From a virus (Duplodnaviria; Caudoviricetes): DNA of 59,678 nucleotides. The notes beneath the pieces are model-generated. The model searched no databases. It was not told where the DNA came from and was given only the letters and a program-made list of their open reading frames with translations. Positions 1 through 9,193 of this stretch are shown piece by piece; positions within the stretch are counted from its first letter, which is position 1, and the number at the start of each line of letters is the position of its first letter. The position numbers were made by a program, and so were the translations under genes. The stretch covers positions 1 through 59,678 of IMG/VR virus record IMGVR_UViG_3300018080_000199. One strand, written 5' to 3'.

Positions 1-6
1 CGGATC

Positions 7-93
7 TGGTGCCCAGGGCGGGATTCGAACCCGCATGGTCTTAAGACCAAAGGATTTTAAGTCCTTTATGTATTCCAGTTCCATCACCTGGGC
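7..93 (-). tRNA. tRNA-Leu(TAA)
   Basis: Reverse complement GCCCAGG...AAGGA-CTTAAAA-TCCTT...GGTTCGAATCC...CCTGGGCACCA: acceptor stem, TAA anticodon, long variable arm, T-loop and encoded CCA. Confidence 0.95.
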
Positions 94-94
94 A

Positions 95-496
95 CTACTT
101 ATCATTACTCCTCTGTTCCAAACGTAGATCACCCCAGATCTTCATATCCTTGAGATCTATTTCATCACTATTCTCCTCAGCAATATTCATTTCCCCGAAC
201 TTGCCAGTGATCTTAGTGACCTTTGTCATACCGTAATGATAAACAGTGGGGTTCTTGAGCTTAATGGGTTCGCCCTTCTTATAAGTAGCCTCATCAGCAT
301 AGAGTCTTGCAATCAAACGACCATTGAAAACTGGCACTTCGATATTTTCAATCTTCGCCTTTTGGATATCTGTGTTTGTAACTTCGACCTTGACACCTTT
401 CTTCTCGAATGTGGTAGGAGGCATACACCAATAATAAACAACGTATCCTATCATAAACAGCATAAAACCAATTATGAACCCGATATTAATTTTCAT
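95..496 (-). CDS. hypothetical membrane-anchored protein
   Basis: ORF with N-terminal hydrophobic segment (INIGFIIGFMLFMIGYVVYYW); start moved to ATG 496 behind GGAG. Confidence 0.6.
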   Translation of the reverse strand: MKINIGFIIGFMLFMIGYVVYYWCMPPTTFEKKGVKVEVTNTDIQKAKIENIEVPVFNGRLIARLYADEATYKKGEPIKLKNPTVYHYGMTKVTKITGKFGEMNIAEENSDEIDLKDMKIWGDLRLEQRSNDK

Positions 497-750
497 TCTT
501 TCTCCACTCCTATAGTTGCAAAAGATATAGACTCCATAATTTGACAAATCATTTCCATGTCACTATAACTTTGACATATGATTGCAGGAAGCAATGTATC
601 AGGACCAGAGAAATGCATTGAGAGTAATGACATTCCTTCTCTGGTATCAGCATCATATACGTAATGCTTTATCTCGTATGACTCAAGGATTTCTTTAGCT
701 TCTTCACAAGCACTACACATCAATCTTGTCACGAGGGTCACGTGCATCAT
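493..750 (-). CDS. glutaredoxin/NrdH-like redoxin
   Basis: VTLVTRLMCSACEEAKEIL: CxxC in a glutaredoxin-like context, plus an LPAI cis-Pro-like motif. Confidence 0.65.
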   Translation of the reverse strand: MMHVTLVTRLMCSACEEAKEILESYEIKHYVYDADTREGMSLLSMHFSGPDTLLPAIICQSYSDMEMICQIMESISFATIGVEKE

Positions 751-931
751 CTTTCCTCTCGAAACGAATATAAACCTCAATACCAGCAGCAAGTGGCCAA
801 AAGAAAGCAGTCATGAACCATAATACCAACATCCAATACCATGGTAATTGATGTGGACAATGATCCATTTCTTCATAACCTCTCCCCAAGAAGAACCAAA
901 ACCCGAATAGATAAATTAGGAATATCCCCAC
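713..931 (-). CDS. small membrane protein
   Basis: Two hydrophobic segments; GGAGG upstream. Confidence 0.55.
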   Translation of the reverse strand: MGIFLIYLFGFWFFLGRGYEEMDHCPHQLPWYWMLVLWFMTAFFWPLAAGIEVYIRFERKDDARDPRDKIDV

Positions 932-942
932 AGTATTCCCTC

Positions 943-1710
943 CTACAATGTCCCCTGTAGATAATATGTCACAAGCTCACAAATTGGTGTATATTGCCAA
1001 CCAAGTGGCTCCCCTTCCCGAGTATACTTCGCATAAGGCCAATTCTTTGCTGGCCAGGAATCCGGCTCCCGATCCTTGAAATCCACATACTCATCAACAT
1101 AGATCCTCTTCCCACGATTATATTTCCTTGGATCTGGGAATTTAGCTACAACATCCTTAATACCATAGATATAACGATAAAACGGATTATCGTAAGCTAA
1201 CCACGCCATTGAAGCAGGTGGTTTCTTCCCTAATAGCAAATACGCCAGGAACATGGAGTTAACATGTTGTCTAAGCCAGGAGATATATTTGACTGCATGA
1301 CCAAACAATCTACCAAGCATACAGAACACCTTAGCTTTGAACATGGGATTAGGAAGTCCTGCTGTTGGAATACTCGCCCCATGCTTATTAGCCCACCAGA
1401 TTGCAGCAGGACCAGCAAAAGATTGAGGCTTGTGCTTAACCCATAGTCCCTGTGTCTCATTATATTTCCAGTCTTCAGTAACCTGAGAATTTGCAAAATT
1501 CCTAGCATCATTACCACATAGCAAGAGTTGCATAATCCAACACTTAGCCTGTGCAGCTACTAACCCATCACCAACGATCTGTGCTGCACCAGCAAGCATC
1601 CCAATATGGAAAAGCCCATCAATATAATTGGTGGCTCGTCGAGGTAATACCTGACTAAAGAAATAATGATTCTCAGGGTCAAAAGCCTCTATAACTTGGT
1701 CACGAATCAT
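943..1710 (-). CDS. hypothetical protein
   Basis: 255-aa ORF with RBS, translationally coupled to the upstream gene; no recognised motif. Confidence 0.7.
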   Translation of the reverse strand: MIRDQVIEAFDPENHYFFSQVLPRRATNYIDGLFHIGMLAGAAQIVGDGLVAAQAKCWIMQLLLCGNDARNFANSQVTEDWKYNETQGLWVKHKPQSFAGPAAIWWANKHGASIPTAGLPNPMFKAKVFCMLGRLFGHAVKYISWLRQHVNSMFLAYLLLGKKPPASMAWLAYDNPFYRYIYGIKDVVAKFPDPRKYNRGKRIYVDEYVDFKDREPDSWPAKNWPYAKYTREGEPLGWQYTPICELVTYYLQGTL

Positions 1711-2228
1711 AGAATTACCCTCCTATGGTAAAGAGCCATGTCTAGCGGAAAACGCTCCCACATCACGTTCATAACTTCCCTATTGTAATACGAGTACGGA
1801 TTCGGTTTATCTTCTGTGGTGTTCACGATTGGTAGCTTCTTAGGTTCACGATTGAAGTAGCTAATGATCTTATTGAGTTCTGATTGTAGAGACTCATACC
1901 GGATGCAACTACCTTTACATGTATCAAAGTGAAAGAACATTAGATCCTGGAGATATGTATGACGATAATGATTTATAAAATTAACAATATCACCCTTATC
2001 CCACCATTCCTGATTCAAAATCCACCAGGAAACGATCACATCAATAGGATCACGGATCGTGCAGAAGATCAATTCATTCCCGTACAGATGCATATTCTTT
2101 ATCCCGCCATGGTGTTCCTTTGTGGTTTGCCCTTCAGGAAAAACCTCCTGAAGAAGTTTCTCAGTTGCCATACTTGCTGTACGGGGATGGGCAAGATATA
2201 CGAATTTGCCTGAGACATAGAAGCTCAT
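1707..2228 (-). CDS. sulfotransferase family 2-like protein
   Basis: YLAHPRTAS (5'-PAPS-binding loop), TIRDPIDVIVSWW (3'-phosphate motif), IRYESL. Confidence 0.75.
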   Translation of the reverse strand: MSFYVSGKFVYLAHPRTASMATEKLLQEVFPEGQTTKEHHGGIKNMHLYGNELIFCTIRDPIDVIVSWWILNQEWWDKGDIVNFINHYRHTYLQDLMFFHFDTCKGSCIRYESLQSELNKIISYFNREPKKLPIVNTTEDKPNPYSYYNREVMNVMWERFPLDMALYHRRVIL

Positions 2229-2230
2229 TT

Positions 2231-2431
2231 CTACCAGTCCTCCCCTTGTGTTTTCCCAAAAATATCATCCTGGCATTTTTGACACATGCCAGAGATATTA
2301 TATTCCTTAATACTTAGACTATCTCGAAAACCACTCATATTGATAGCATTCCCACATGTAGGACATTTCCTTTCCTTAACCCTTTGAATCTCTTTGCTGA
2401 AGCCCATTGCCTTCATGATATTCTCGTTCAT
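2231..2431 (-). CDS. small zinc-ribbon protein
   Basis: CPTC...CQKC. Confidence 0.6.
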   Translation of the reverse strand: MNENIMKAMGFSKEIQRVKERKCPTCGNAINMSGFRDSLSIKEYNISGMCQKCQDDIFGKTQGEDW

Positions 2432-2546
2432 TACTCTTCCTCCTATATGTTACACAGTAGGAACAAACACCATATTCCTTGATATATTTCTCATCTATTG
2501 GGTAAAGTTGAGAACCACATTTTGGACAGTAAACCATAACATACCC

Positions 2547-2990
2547 TCACCAAGAGAAATGTATTGAGAGATTCTGTTCCGCACAGACTCTTAGGAACTC
2601 TCTAGCAGACCAGTAATACGTGGGATTATGTAGTTTGCGCTCCCCACTTTTCTCACGCGATTGCCAAATTTTCCACGCTTGCTTCACTTCCTTAACTGTC
2701 CAGTCTTTGATCCTCCAGGCATCAAGATCGGTCATGATTTGCAAAATTATTCCACATCCTGAAAGATCAAGACCACCAATATCCAACATCCCATCAACGT
2801 GACAATGACGAAGTACACGTCTCCTAGCATCCTTAAATGCTTCACGAAGACGTTTACTAATAATATAAGGGTTCGAATAATCACCCCATTTCACACGGAT
2901 ATGTTTTCCGCGGTTCATAGCGTAGGCATCCCATCCCATATGTCGCTCCTCCCATTTGTATTCGGGCAATTCTAATTTCTTTTGCGCCAA
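2547..2990 (-). CDS. hypothetical protein
   Basis: 147-aa ORF in the same-strand run. Confidence 0.6.
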   Translation of the reverse strand: MAQKKLELPEYKWEERHMGWDAYAMNRGKHIRVKWGDYSNPYIISKRLREAFKDARRRVLRHCHVDGMLDIGGLDLSGCGIILQIMTDLDAWRIKDWTVKEVKQAWKIWQSREKSGERKLHNPTYYWSAREFLRVCAEQNLSIHFSW

Positions 2991-4075
2991 TATCGAGCCT
3001 CCTGAGGTATACCATCTTTACTCTTACCACGGAACTTGAATGTCACTCGGCTCCCACGCGGGAAGTGTACTGCTTCAATCCAATCAGGACATTCAGTCTC
3101 TGGATTATCTTGTGCCCAATCTGAAGCTGGAGTAGCATTCCCGATAATTAAATCAGGATTGTTAATATCAACAAGCAAACGCTCCTCATCCGTGAACCCA
3201 CTTAGCTCTAACCTCTGTCCTGAATCAAGCCTCAATATCAAAGCTCCCATTTTTCCGAGGAGCTTAGAACCTTTATCCGTGCGTCGTCCTGTAATATACC
3301 CGACAACTGTCCCCTCTGCATCCTCAAACTTCTTGACCTTGAGAAGATCATGTGATCTGCATGGCACCCATATGGATTCAGGTTTCCGGAGAATCAGACC
3401 CTCACCACCTGCTACTGAGATTTCTGTGCATTTTTGATTTACTAAATCAATGGCCTTATCAGTTGCAAGTGGTAATCTTTTCTGCACATGCGGGCGGGCA
3501 ATTACATTAGTTGTAAGATTCCTTTGCAATAGAATATATGTACTCTGAAAAGGTGTTGTTTTCTTAGGGTTATACTCAAGACTTGTAATATCGGTATCCT
3601 CATAAACCCATCTACGGATATCTTGAAAATGTTTCTTAAAGTTCGTTGTATTGATGAATCCATCCATGAAGATTCGGTCAAAGGAAGGCATATCAAAACA
3701 AAAGAACAATACCTCATACCATCCTTCACCTGGCTCAAGAGCCTTGACTGTTGACATAAGATCCTGGCGTGGAAGGCCCATGCCATAAAGCTCACCATCC
3801 AGCGGGATTTTGGGAAGTTCGTTGAGCCACCAATCAGGGGCATGAATAACATTTCCATATCGACTCCACAGTCCTGTGGCAATAGGCTCTTTCTTATATC
3901 GCTCATCCTTCTCAGTATTAGCCCATGGTACATCTGATTTAGTAAATCCCCGAGTGATACCACCATCCCAATAAGCTCGCATACCATCAAGCTTCTCGGA
4001 CATGAACCATCCACCGATGCCATGCTTCTCTTCTCTGAATGTATGGGCCAACATAAGGAATTCACGCTTAGGCAT
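2972..4075 (-). CDS. ATP-dependent DNA ligase
   Basis: SEKLDGMR (motif I KxDG), LDGEL, FDMP, EGLILRK, LLKVK, C-terminal OB fold. Confidence 0.93.
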   Translation of the reverse strand: MPKREFLMLAHTFREEKHGIGGWFMSEKLDGMRAYWDGGITRGFTKSDVPWANTEKDERYKKEPIATGLWSRYGNVIHAPDWWLNELPKIPLDGELYGMGLPRQDLMSTVKALEPGEGWYEVLFFCFDMPSFDRIFMDGFINTTNFKKHFQDIRRWVYEDTDITSLEYNPKKTTPFQSTYILLQRNLTTNVIARPHVQKRLPLATDKAIDLVNQKCTEISVAGGEGLILRKPESIWVPCRSHDLLKVKKFEDAEGTVVGYITGRRTDKGSKLLGKMGALILRLDSGQRLELSGFTDEERLLVDINNPDLIIGNATPASDWAQDNPETECPDWIEAVHFPRGSRVTFKFRGKSKDGIPQEARYWRKRN

Positions 4076-4298
4076 CTGGAATCTCCTTTAGAAGAAGCAT
4101 ATCGCCATACCCACTGTAATCATACTTAAGACCTACCCGTAAAGTATAGTGTGGACCAGGATAACCTAACCAATTATTTGCATACATTTGAGCCTCATGC
4201 TCGGTATCAAAGATATGAGTTTTCCAACACTCAGATTTAAGATCTGGAAACCCTTCTCTAGAGGCCGGCTTGTCATTATCGAAAAGCGCATATCTCAT
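4068..4298 (-). CDS. hypothetical protein
   Basis: AAGGAG RBS before ATG 4298. Confidence 0.55.
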   Translation of the reverse strand: MRYALFDNDKPASREGFPDLKSECWKTHIFDTEHEAQMYANNWLGYPGPHYTLRVGLKYDYSGYGDMLLLKEIPDA

Positions 4299-4429
4299 TT
4301 TATCTCCTTGACTTTTTACGAGCAATCTTAGCGCGTTTACGTGATGCTTTTTTGATTTTCTGTTCTTTGCTTGTGGGCTTCTTGCGTTTCTTTCTAAGCT
4401 CATAGGTCCATTGCATATCAGCTAAAATG

Positions 4430-4804
4430 CTAGGCATCCCATTCTCCCATTACTATCATCTTGGCACGCTTCTCGTTCGCTATCTTTACGGCATGTTTAT
4501 CATTTCGTGCCCAACAATACACAAGTAACTTATTATTGTGAGGAAGAATACAATCTTTGCCCACATTATTGCAGTAAATTATATCTTCTGCTGAAACTTT
4601 AGAATTACCTTCCCTATCCATTTCAACACGATACAAGAAATATCCTTTTGGTTTAGAGGATGTAGGATTAAGAGGATATTCCTTAACCTCTCCTTGACAT
4701 GATTCAGCAAATTCATTTGCTTGAGGTTCATTATCAAAAACGCCACGAATACTGTAATCCGAGTACTCACCAGTCGTGACCACATAAACATTACGCATCC
4801 TCAT
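4430..4804 (-). CDS. hypothetical phage protein
   Basis: GGAGG RBS; VYVVTTGEYSDYSIRGVF N-terminus typical of small phage proteins. Confidence 0.65.
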   Translation of the reverse strand: MRMRNVYVVTTGEYSDYSIRGVFDNEPQANEFAESCQGEVKEYPLNPTSSKPKGYFLYRVEMDREGNSKVSAEDIIYCNNVGKDCILPHNNKLLVYCWARNDKHAVKIANEKRAKMIVMGEWDA

Positions 4805-5044
4805 CCTCCTTCACCTTTTCTATAGCTTCCTTGATCTTTTTCGCAAGAGCATTTTCAGCCTGAAGAATAAGTGCCTTTTCTTGAGGTCATTGATTTATCA
4901 AATTATTGAAATATGCTTGACAAGTCTGGACAGCAACATTCCAATCTTCTGTATCTTTCCATTCTTTTTTAAAGATCCCCCAAGCTGTTTGCTGGATATT
5001 TAGTCGTTTTCTAGCTGCTTGTTGCCGTCGTTCTTTACGAGTCA

Positions 5045-5263
5045 TTAGACTTCTCCAACTGTACGAGCAAAACTATCTAAACGTAAATCTTTTTCGGCAT
5101 CCCGAATTGTTTTGCTGAGTCCTGCTAATAGTTCTTTAGCTTTTGCAAGATTCATCATGTGAGTAAGTTCACATTGTAAATCACTTACTCGTACAAAAAC
5201 ACCACGTTTCTTTGTGGCTGGATCATCACAATATCCATACTCACATTTGGTTTCGGTATTCAT
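5045..5263 (-). CDS. hypothetical protein
   Basis: ORF coupled to the upstream gene. Confidence 0.5.
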   Translation of the reverse strand: MNTETKCEYGYCDDPATKKRGVFVRVSDLQCELTHMMNLAKAKELLAGLSKTIRDAEKDLRLDSFARTVGEV

Positions 5264-5475
5264 TTCTTTGCCTCCTCATACGCTCGACAGATTTCAAATA
5301 CATCTTCTGACGAGTAGCGACGTTTTCCAGACTTTAGAATTATTACTGTTTCTCCTGGCCTTTCTGGGCCAGCATGATCAATACTTTCGATAAGACTAAT
5401 ATCAACACTCCGACATTTGGAATTAGGGTTTGCCGGAAGAAATTCTATACGCCGTACTATAATGGCTTTAGCCAT
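5260..5475 (-). CDS. FlbD/SwrD-like small protein (tentative)
   Basis: VDISLIESI...ETVIILKSGKRRYSSEDVFEI resembles the FlbD pattern LIETIE..PDTVITL.NGKK..V.ES..EV. Confidence 0.4.
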   Translation of the reverse strand: MAKAIIVRRIEFLPANPNSKCRSVDISLIESIDHAGPERPGETVIILKSGKRRYSSEDVFEICRAYEEAKK

Positions 5476-5493
5476 GTTATTCTCCAAAGAAAT

Positions 5494-5556
5494 CAGGACG
5501 GGGTAGCCCAGGTGTTGCAGGGTTTAGAGGGTGCAAATAAATGCTACCCCGTCCTG
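5494..5556 (-). terminator. long hairpin, terminator- or attenuator-like
   Basis: Perfect 14-bp inverted repeat CAGGACGGGGTAGC (5494-5507) / GCTACCCCGTCCTG (5543-5556), followed by ATTTCTTT on the - strand. Confidence 0.55.
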
Positions 5557-5648
5557 TGAGTTATGCCCATGGCCGAGTGATTTTGGTTGTGAGCAATGCT
5601 GCTCCATACTGTACTCTTTCAGTACCTTGGATCATCACTTGGAAGCTC

Positions 5649-5852
5649 CTACTGGAGACTACTCGCATGGGCATTAAGACCACGATTCACTTCTTCGACT
5701 CTTGCCGCTAGTTTCCGTAGTGCTTGCCCACGTGTCATGGTCAGATTCCCATATTGCACTTGGTCCTCTTTCGCATAACACATAAGCCTATTTCTTTCTG
5801 TTTCAAGTCTGTCATGGAGTCGTTGAAGGCGTTCCTTCTTTCTTTGATTCAT
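5649..5852 (-). CDS. hypothetical protein
   Basis: GGAGA RBS; helical basic ORF. Confidence 0.5.
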   Translation of the reverse strand: MNQRKKERLQRLHDRLETERNRLMCYAKEDQVQYGNLTMTRGQALRKLAARVEEVNRGLNAHASSLQ

Positions 5853-5978
5853 TGTCTCTCCATTCGTTGATGAGATTCAAAATCTCATATCGGCACTTTG
5901 CAACAGTACCCCAATCTCTACGTAACTCTGCTTCAGAGATTGTCACCATCCGATGATGGATCTTCTCGATCAGTTCAC

Positions 5979-6923
5979 TCATACGCTCACCTGCTTTCTG
6001 CAAAGATCAAAAGCCTTCTGCTTGAGACGATAGCCAGCACCATACATCACAGACTCAAAACGCTTTGCCTCTCGATTTTCCTTACCACGAAACTTCATCT
6101 GGTGATCAGCGTGCTGTGTCACTGCATTGTAGGCTGCCCAAAGCGTACCAGGGTGCCTCTCAGCCTGATAGTTTGCAGCGATGATGTTCCTTGTATCTTC
6201 CTTATCCCCGAAGAGATTTTTCGTGTAGTCCTTAAAGTCCTCATCGCTGATCTTGTACTCTAGGAAACTCTCGAAATGATTTGCTAAATCAAGGAAGTAG
6301 CGATTTGCGATCCCGAGTGTTTCCCGAGCGATCTCAAGCCTATTATCAATGTTCGTGGTGTGCTTGAAACGAACACTGTAATCAGAATTCCTGCCACTGA
6401 GAGCAGCGCGAAGTGTGTTGTTACAAACAACCCGAATCGGACTCCAGAAACATGTGAATCCGATTGTGCCGTCATGACCATTGGCAAGGATGATATATTG
6501 ATTAATTCGATCCTCGCCACCGATCATCAGATCCTCAGGGCATTTCACTGTCCAGAAAACCTTACGACCTCCGAATAATGCACCCACACATTCCACAACA
6601 TTACCCTCACCAACCAAGGCGTTGAGAAAATCAGCCTGTTCCTCATTCTGAATGGGCTTGAATCTTGTACCTACGGTACCGAAGTACTCACCGTTATCCA
6701 TTCGGATCACAGCACGCTTGTCAGGAACTTCTGTGTACTCGCCCACACGAATGGAGTAGAATAGCTTCTCAACAGCCACGGCCCACCGCAAATTTGCTAA
6801 ATCAAGGGCCTCATTCACGGTCATGTTCTCCTGGACCTGAACACCAAGACCATGCCAAGGCACCTTACCAGCAAACGCGGCTTCCACGGTCCCATCTTCA
6901 CGGATACTCAATTCATGACTCAT
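5979..6923 (-). CDS. DUF932/DUF945 phage/plasmid-like protein
   Basis: PWHGLG, NGHDG, SPIRVVCNNTL, FKHT and GTLWAAYNAVT family motifs. Confidence 0.85.
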   Translation of the reverse strand: MSHELSIREDGTVEAAFAGKVPWHGLGVQVQENMTVNEALDLANLRWAVAVEKLFYSIRVGEYTEVPDKRAVIRMDNGEYFGTVGTRFKPIQNEEQADFLNALVGEGNVVECVGALFGGRKVFWTVKCPEDLMIGGEDRINQYIILANGHDGTIGFTCFWSPIRVVCNNTLRAALSGRNSDYSVRFKHTTNIDNRLEIARETLGIANRYFLDLANHFESFLEYKISDEDFKDYTKNLFGDKEDTRNIIAANYQAERHPGTLWAAYNAVTQHADHQMKFRGKENREAKRFESVMYGAGYRLKQKAFDLCRKQVSV

Positions 6924-7131
6924 GACATTCCTCCTGAATAAGGTCCAAGACTTCCGAAACAGATTGCATCACTCGAAATTCCATACCATTGGAGAGAACA
7001 ACCATACAGTCATGGGTCTTGTGTTCACTGTTTACCTTTACTGCATAAACAGCTTGTATATCGTTTTTATCTCGAATATACAAACCTCCAAGATTTTCTC
7101 CAGTATGGTCCGCATGATTGAGTTGAATCAT
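6913..7131 (-). CDS. FlbD/SwrD-like small protein (tentative)
   Basis: MIQL...IQAV...VVLSNGMEFRVMQSVSEVLDLI. Confidence 0.5.
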   Translation of the reverse strand: MIQLNHADHTGENLGGLYIRDKNDIQAVYAVKVNSEHKTHDCMVVLSNGMEFRVMQSVSEVLDLIQEECHES

Positions 7132-7460
7132 GTTCTTCTCCCGGACATCTGGTGAACATTCCGATCATCCATACCCTCGCTACGTAGCAAACAAAACTTT
7201 TCCAGATCCTTGAGACAGGAACGTGGGATCATGACACTTGCAACTCCGCCACTGTTCCAATTCGTTTCCCGAGTACATGTGATAGTGCCACCGAAGAACT
7301 CTTCAATGATCTTGCATCCTTCTTCAGTGAGATCGCAAAGTACTCGCATATTGAAAGCACACGCCTCACCAGTAAGGATGTTGATCCCGGAATCATAGAT
7401 AATGCGATCCATGGCTTCTCCTAGCATACAGGCATTGGGCACTGAACCTTGACACCACAA
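7128..7460 (-). CDS. hypothetical protein
   Basis: ORF in the gene run; true start probably the internal ATG (MDRII). Confidence 0.55.
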   Translation of the reverse strand: MWCQGSVPNACMLGEAMDRIIYDSGINILTGEACAFNMRVLCDLTEEGCKIIEEFFGGTITCTRETNWNSGGVASVMIPRSCLKDLEKFCLLRSEGMDDRNVHQMSGRRT

Positions 7461-7795
7461 CCTTCACAAGTGAACACATATGCAGCATCAGGTTCAACAG
7501 CATGTGTGCTCCCACACTCAGGACACTCGATCTCGCGATTTGCTAAATCAAAAAGAACCTCTTCAAGAGCCTCAATACTCGTATCCTCAAGACCCATGAC
7601 CACACCCGTTTTCTCGCTCTGAGGTTTGGGCTCACGCTTCTCGAATGTGGTCCCGATCTGAATGTTCGCGCCTTCCTTCTTGGCACAAGAATCGCACATA
7701 TAACCCCACTGACCAGAGCGCGTAGGAGCATCATACTTTGCCTCCTCTCCACAGATATCACACTTGGGAAATTCCTTGACATACTTGATACCCAT
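7421..7795 (-). CDS. double zinc-finger protein
   Basis: CDIC..CDSC and CPEC..CEGC; GGAGG RBS. Confidence 0.65.
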   Translation of the reverse strand: MGIKYVKEFPKCDICGEEAKYDAPTRSGQWGYMCDSCAKKEGANIQIGTTFEKREPKPQSEKTGVVMGLEDTSIEALEEVLFDLANREIECPECGSTHAVEPDAAYVFTCEGCGVKVQCPMPVC

Positions 7796-7813
7796 TGCTA
7801 GTCCTCCTATGAT

Positions 7814-8251
7814 TTAGCAAATTACTCCTGCCTCTTGGAAACTGAAAAAACAATCCTTGCCAAGAATCACATGATCCAGAACTCGAAGTCCAAGAAGCTT
7901 TCCGCACTTGCATAGCCGTTCTGTAAGACTACGATCCTCAGGACTCGGAGTACAATCACCACTTGGATGGTTATGTATGAAAGCCACTGCTGCTGCACCA
8001 TCAATAAGAGCCGGACGAAAAACTTCTCTCGGATGCACAAGTGAGGCTGTGAGCGTACCCAAAGAGACAAGATGCTTGTCAATGACCTTATGCTTTTGAT
8101 TCATTGTCACGACAAAGAATGCTTCCTGAGAAAGTTCTCTTGAGTCTTCAAACATTCTCACAAAGTCCTTGGCATCAGTGGCTATACATCCAGTGGCTTC
8201 TCGGACCTGCATTGTCTTGAATTTTACTTGACAACCATACTGAGTAGCCAT
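7814..8251 (-). CDS. radC: RadC-like JAB domain protein
   Basis: SQEAF, GTLTASLVHPREVF, HNHPSGDCTPSPED, VLDHVI; start at ATG 8251 behind GGGAGG. Confidence 0.9.
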   Translation of the reverse strand: MATQYGCQVKFKTMQVREATGCIATDAKDFVRMFEDSRELSQEAFFVVTMNQKHKVIDKHLVSLGTLTASLVHPREVFRPALIDGAAAVAFIHNHPSGDCTPSPEDRSLTERLCKCGKLLGLRVLDHVILGKDCFFSFQEAGVIC

Positions 8252-8276
8252 TGCCATCCTCCCATGATTTATCAAA

Positions 8277-8543
8277 TTACTCATTCTCCTCAGGAATACT
8301 GATCTCCAGCCCTTCATACGTGGAGCCGTCGGGATTTTCCTTCGGCACCTGTCGAAAGGTTGCATGAGGAAAATTCCGGTTCATGTAATTGTTGAACGCG
8401 GCATTGTTCCTTGCTCGCTGCCTCACGAACTTTGCGAACTTTGTCAACCACCATAATTCCTCACGCGTAAGCGTATCCACTGAACGACCAAACGCCTTTT
8501 CAAACTCCTGTGATACAACGTCGCCATCAAACTTGTAAGCCAT
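8277..8543 (-). CDS. hypothetical protein
   Basis: GGAGG RBS. Confidence 0.65.
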   Translation of the reverse strand: MAYKFDGDVVSQEFEKAFGRSVDTLTREELWWLTKFAKFVRQRARNNAAFNNYMNRNFPHATFRQVPKENPDGSTYEGLEISIPEENE

Positions 8544-8738
8544 TCCTAGTCCTCCTGTGATTTGGTAAATTACTTATTCTCAGACTTTGGCTTCTGAACC
8601 ATACCACCACAGAACCAACAATGTTTTACCTTACACTCAGGGCATTCTGCAATATCCTCATCCGAACACATTGGACAATGACCATTATTTGGACAAGGAA
8701 TATTTGGTCCAAGACCTTCACATTCAGGACACTTATAC

Positions 8739-9071
8739 TTATTCAAGGCCGGCCTCCTCAAACATACGGTCAATTCCCAGAAGTTCTTTAGCGGTCTCAA
8801 TATGCTTGCAGTCATTCCATCTTATGAAAGCATAACATGTGCAAGACCACTCACCTTGGATACAGCGTACGGTATAAGATTTCCATTCCTTACTCTCACT
8901 TGGAATATCCCATGACCGCATTTCCCTTCGAAAGATCTCCTTCATTCTCCAGTACTCCCGAGTCAATTCCTCAAGACGCTCAGGAGTGTACGGCTCGATT
9001 GGTCTTATCCCGACTATGAAGGGGCCGCCGGGAATATTCCATCGCGTGGGCGGCGCATGAAAGTTTGTCAT
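8739..9071 (-). CDS. SWIM zinc-finger protein
   Basis: YTV...WSCTCYAF....CKHI. Confidence 0.75.
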   Translation of the reverse strand: MTNFHAPPTRWNIPGGPFIVGIRPIEPYTPERLEELTREYWRMKEIFRREMRSWDIPSESKEWKSYTVRCIQGEWSCTCYAFIRWNDCKHIETAKELLGIDRMFEEAGLE

Positions 9072-9193
9072 TCTCGTCCTCCGTAAGCCTTACATCCAAG
9101 ATAGTACAGATACTCCAACCAATAGCCTTTGACACATGTGCTTCAATAACCGATTGCTCGTACTTCTCAATTAACTCAGGCTTTAGAGGAACG

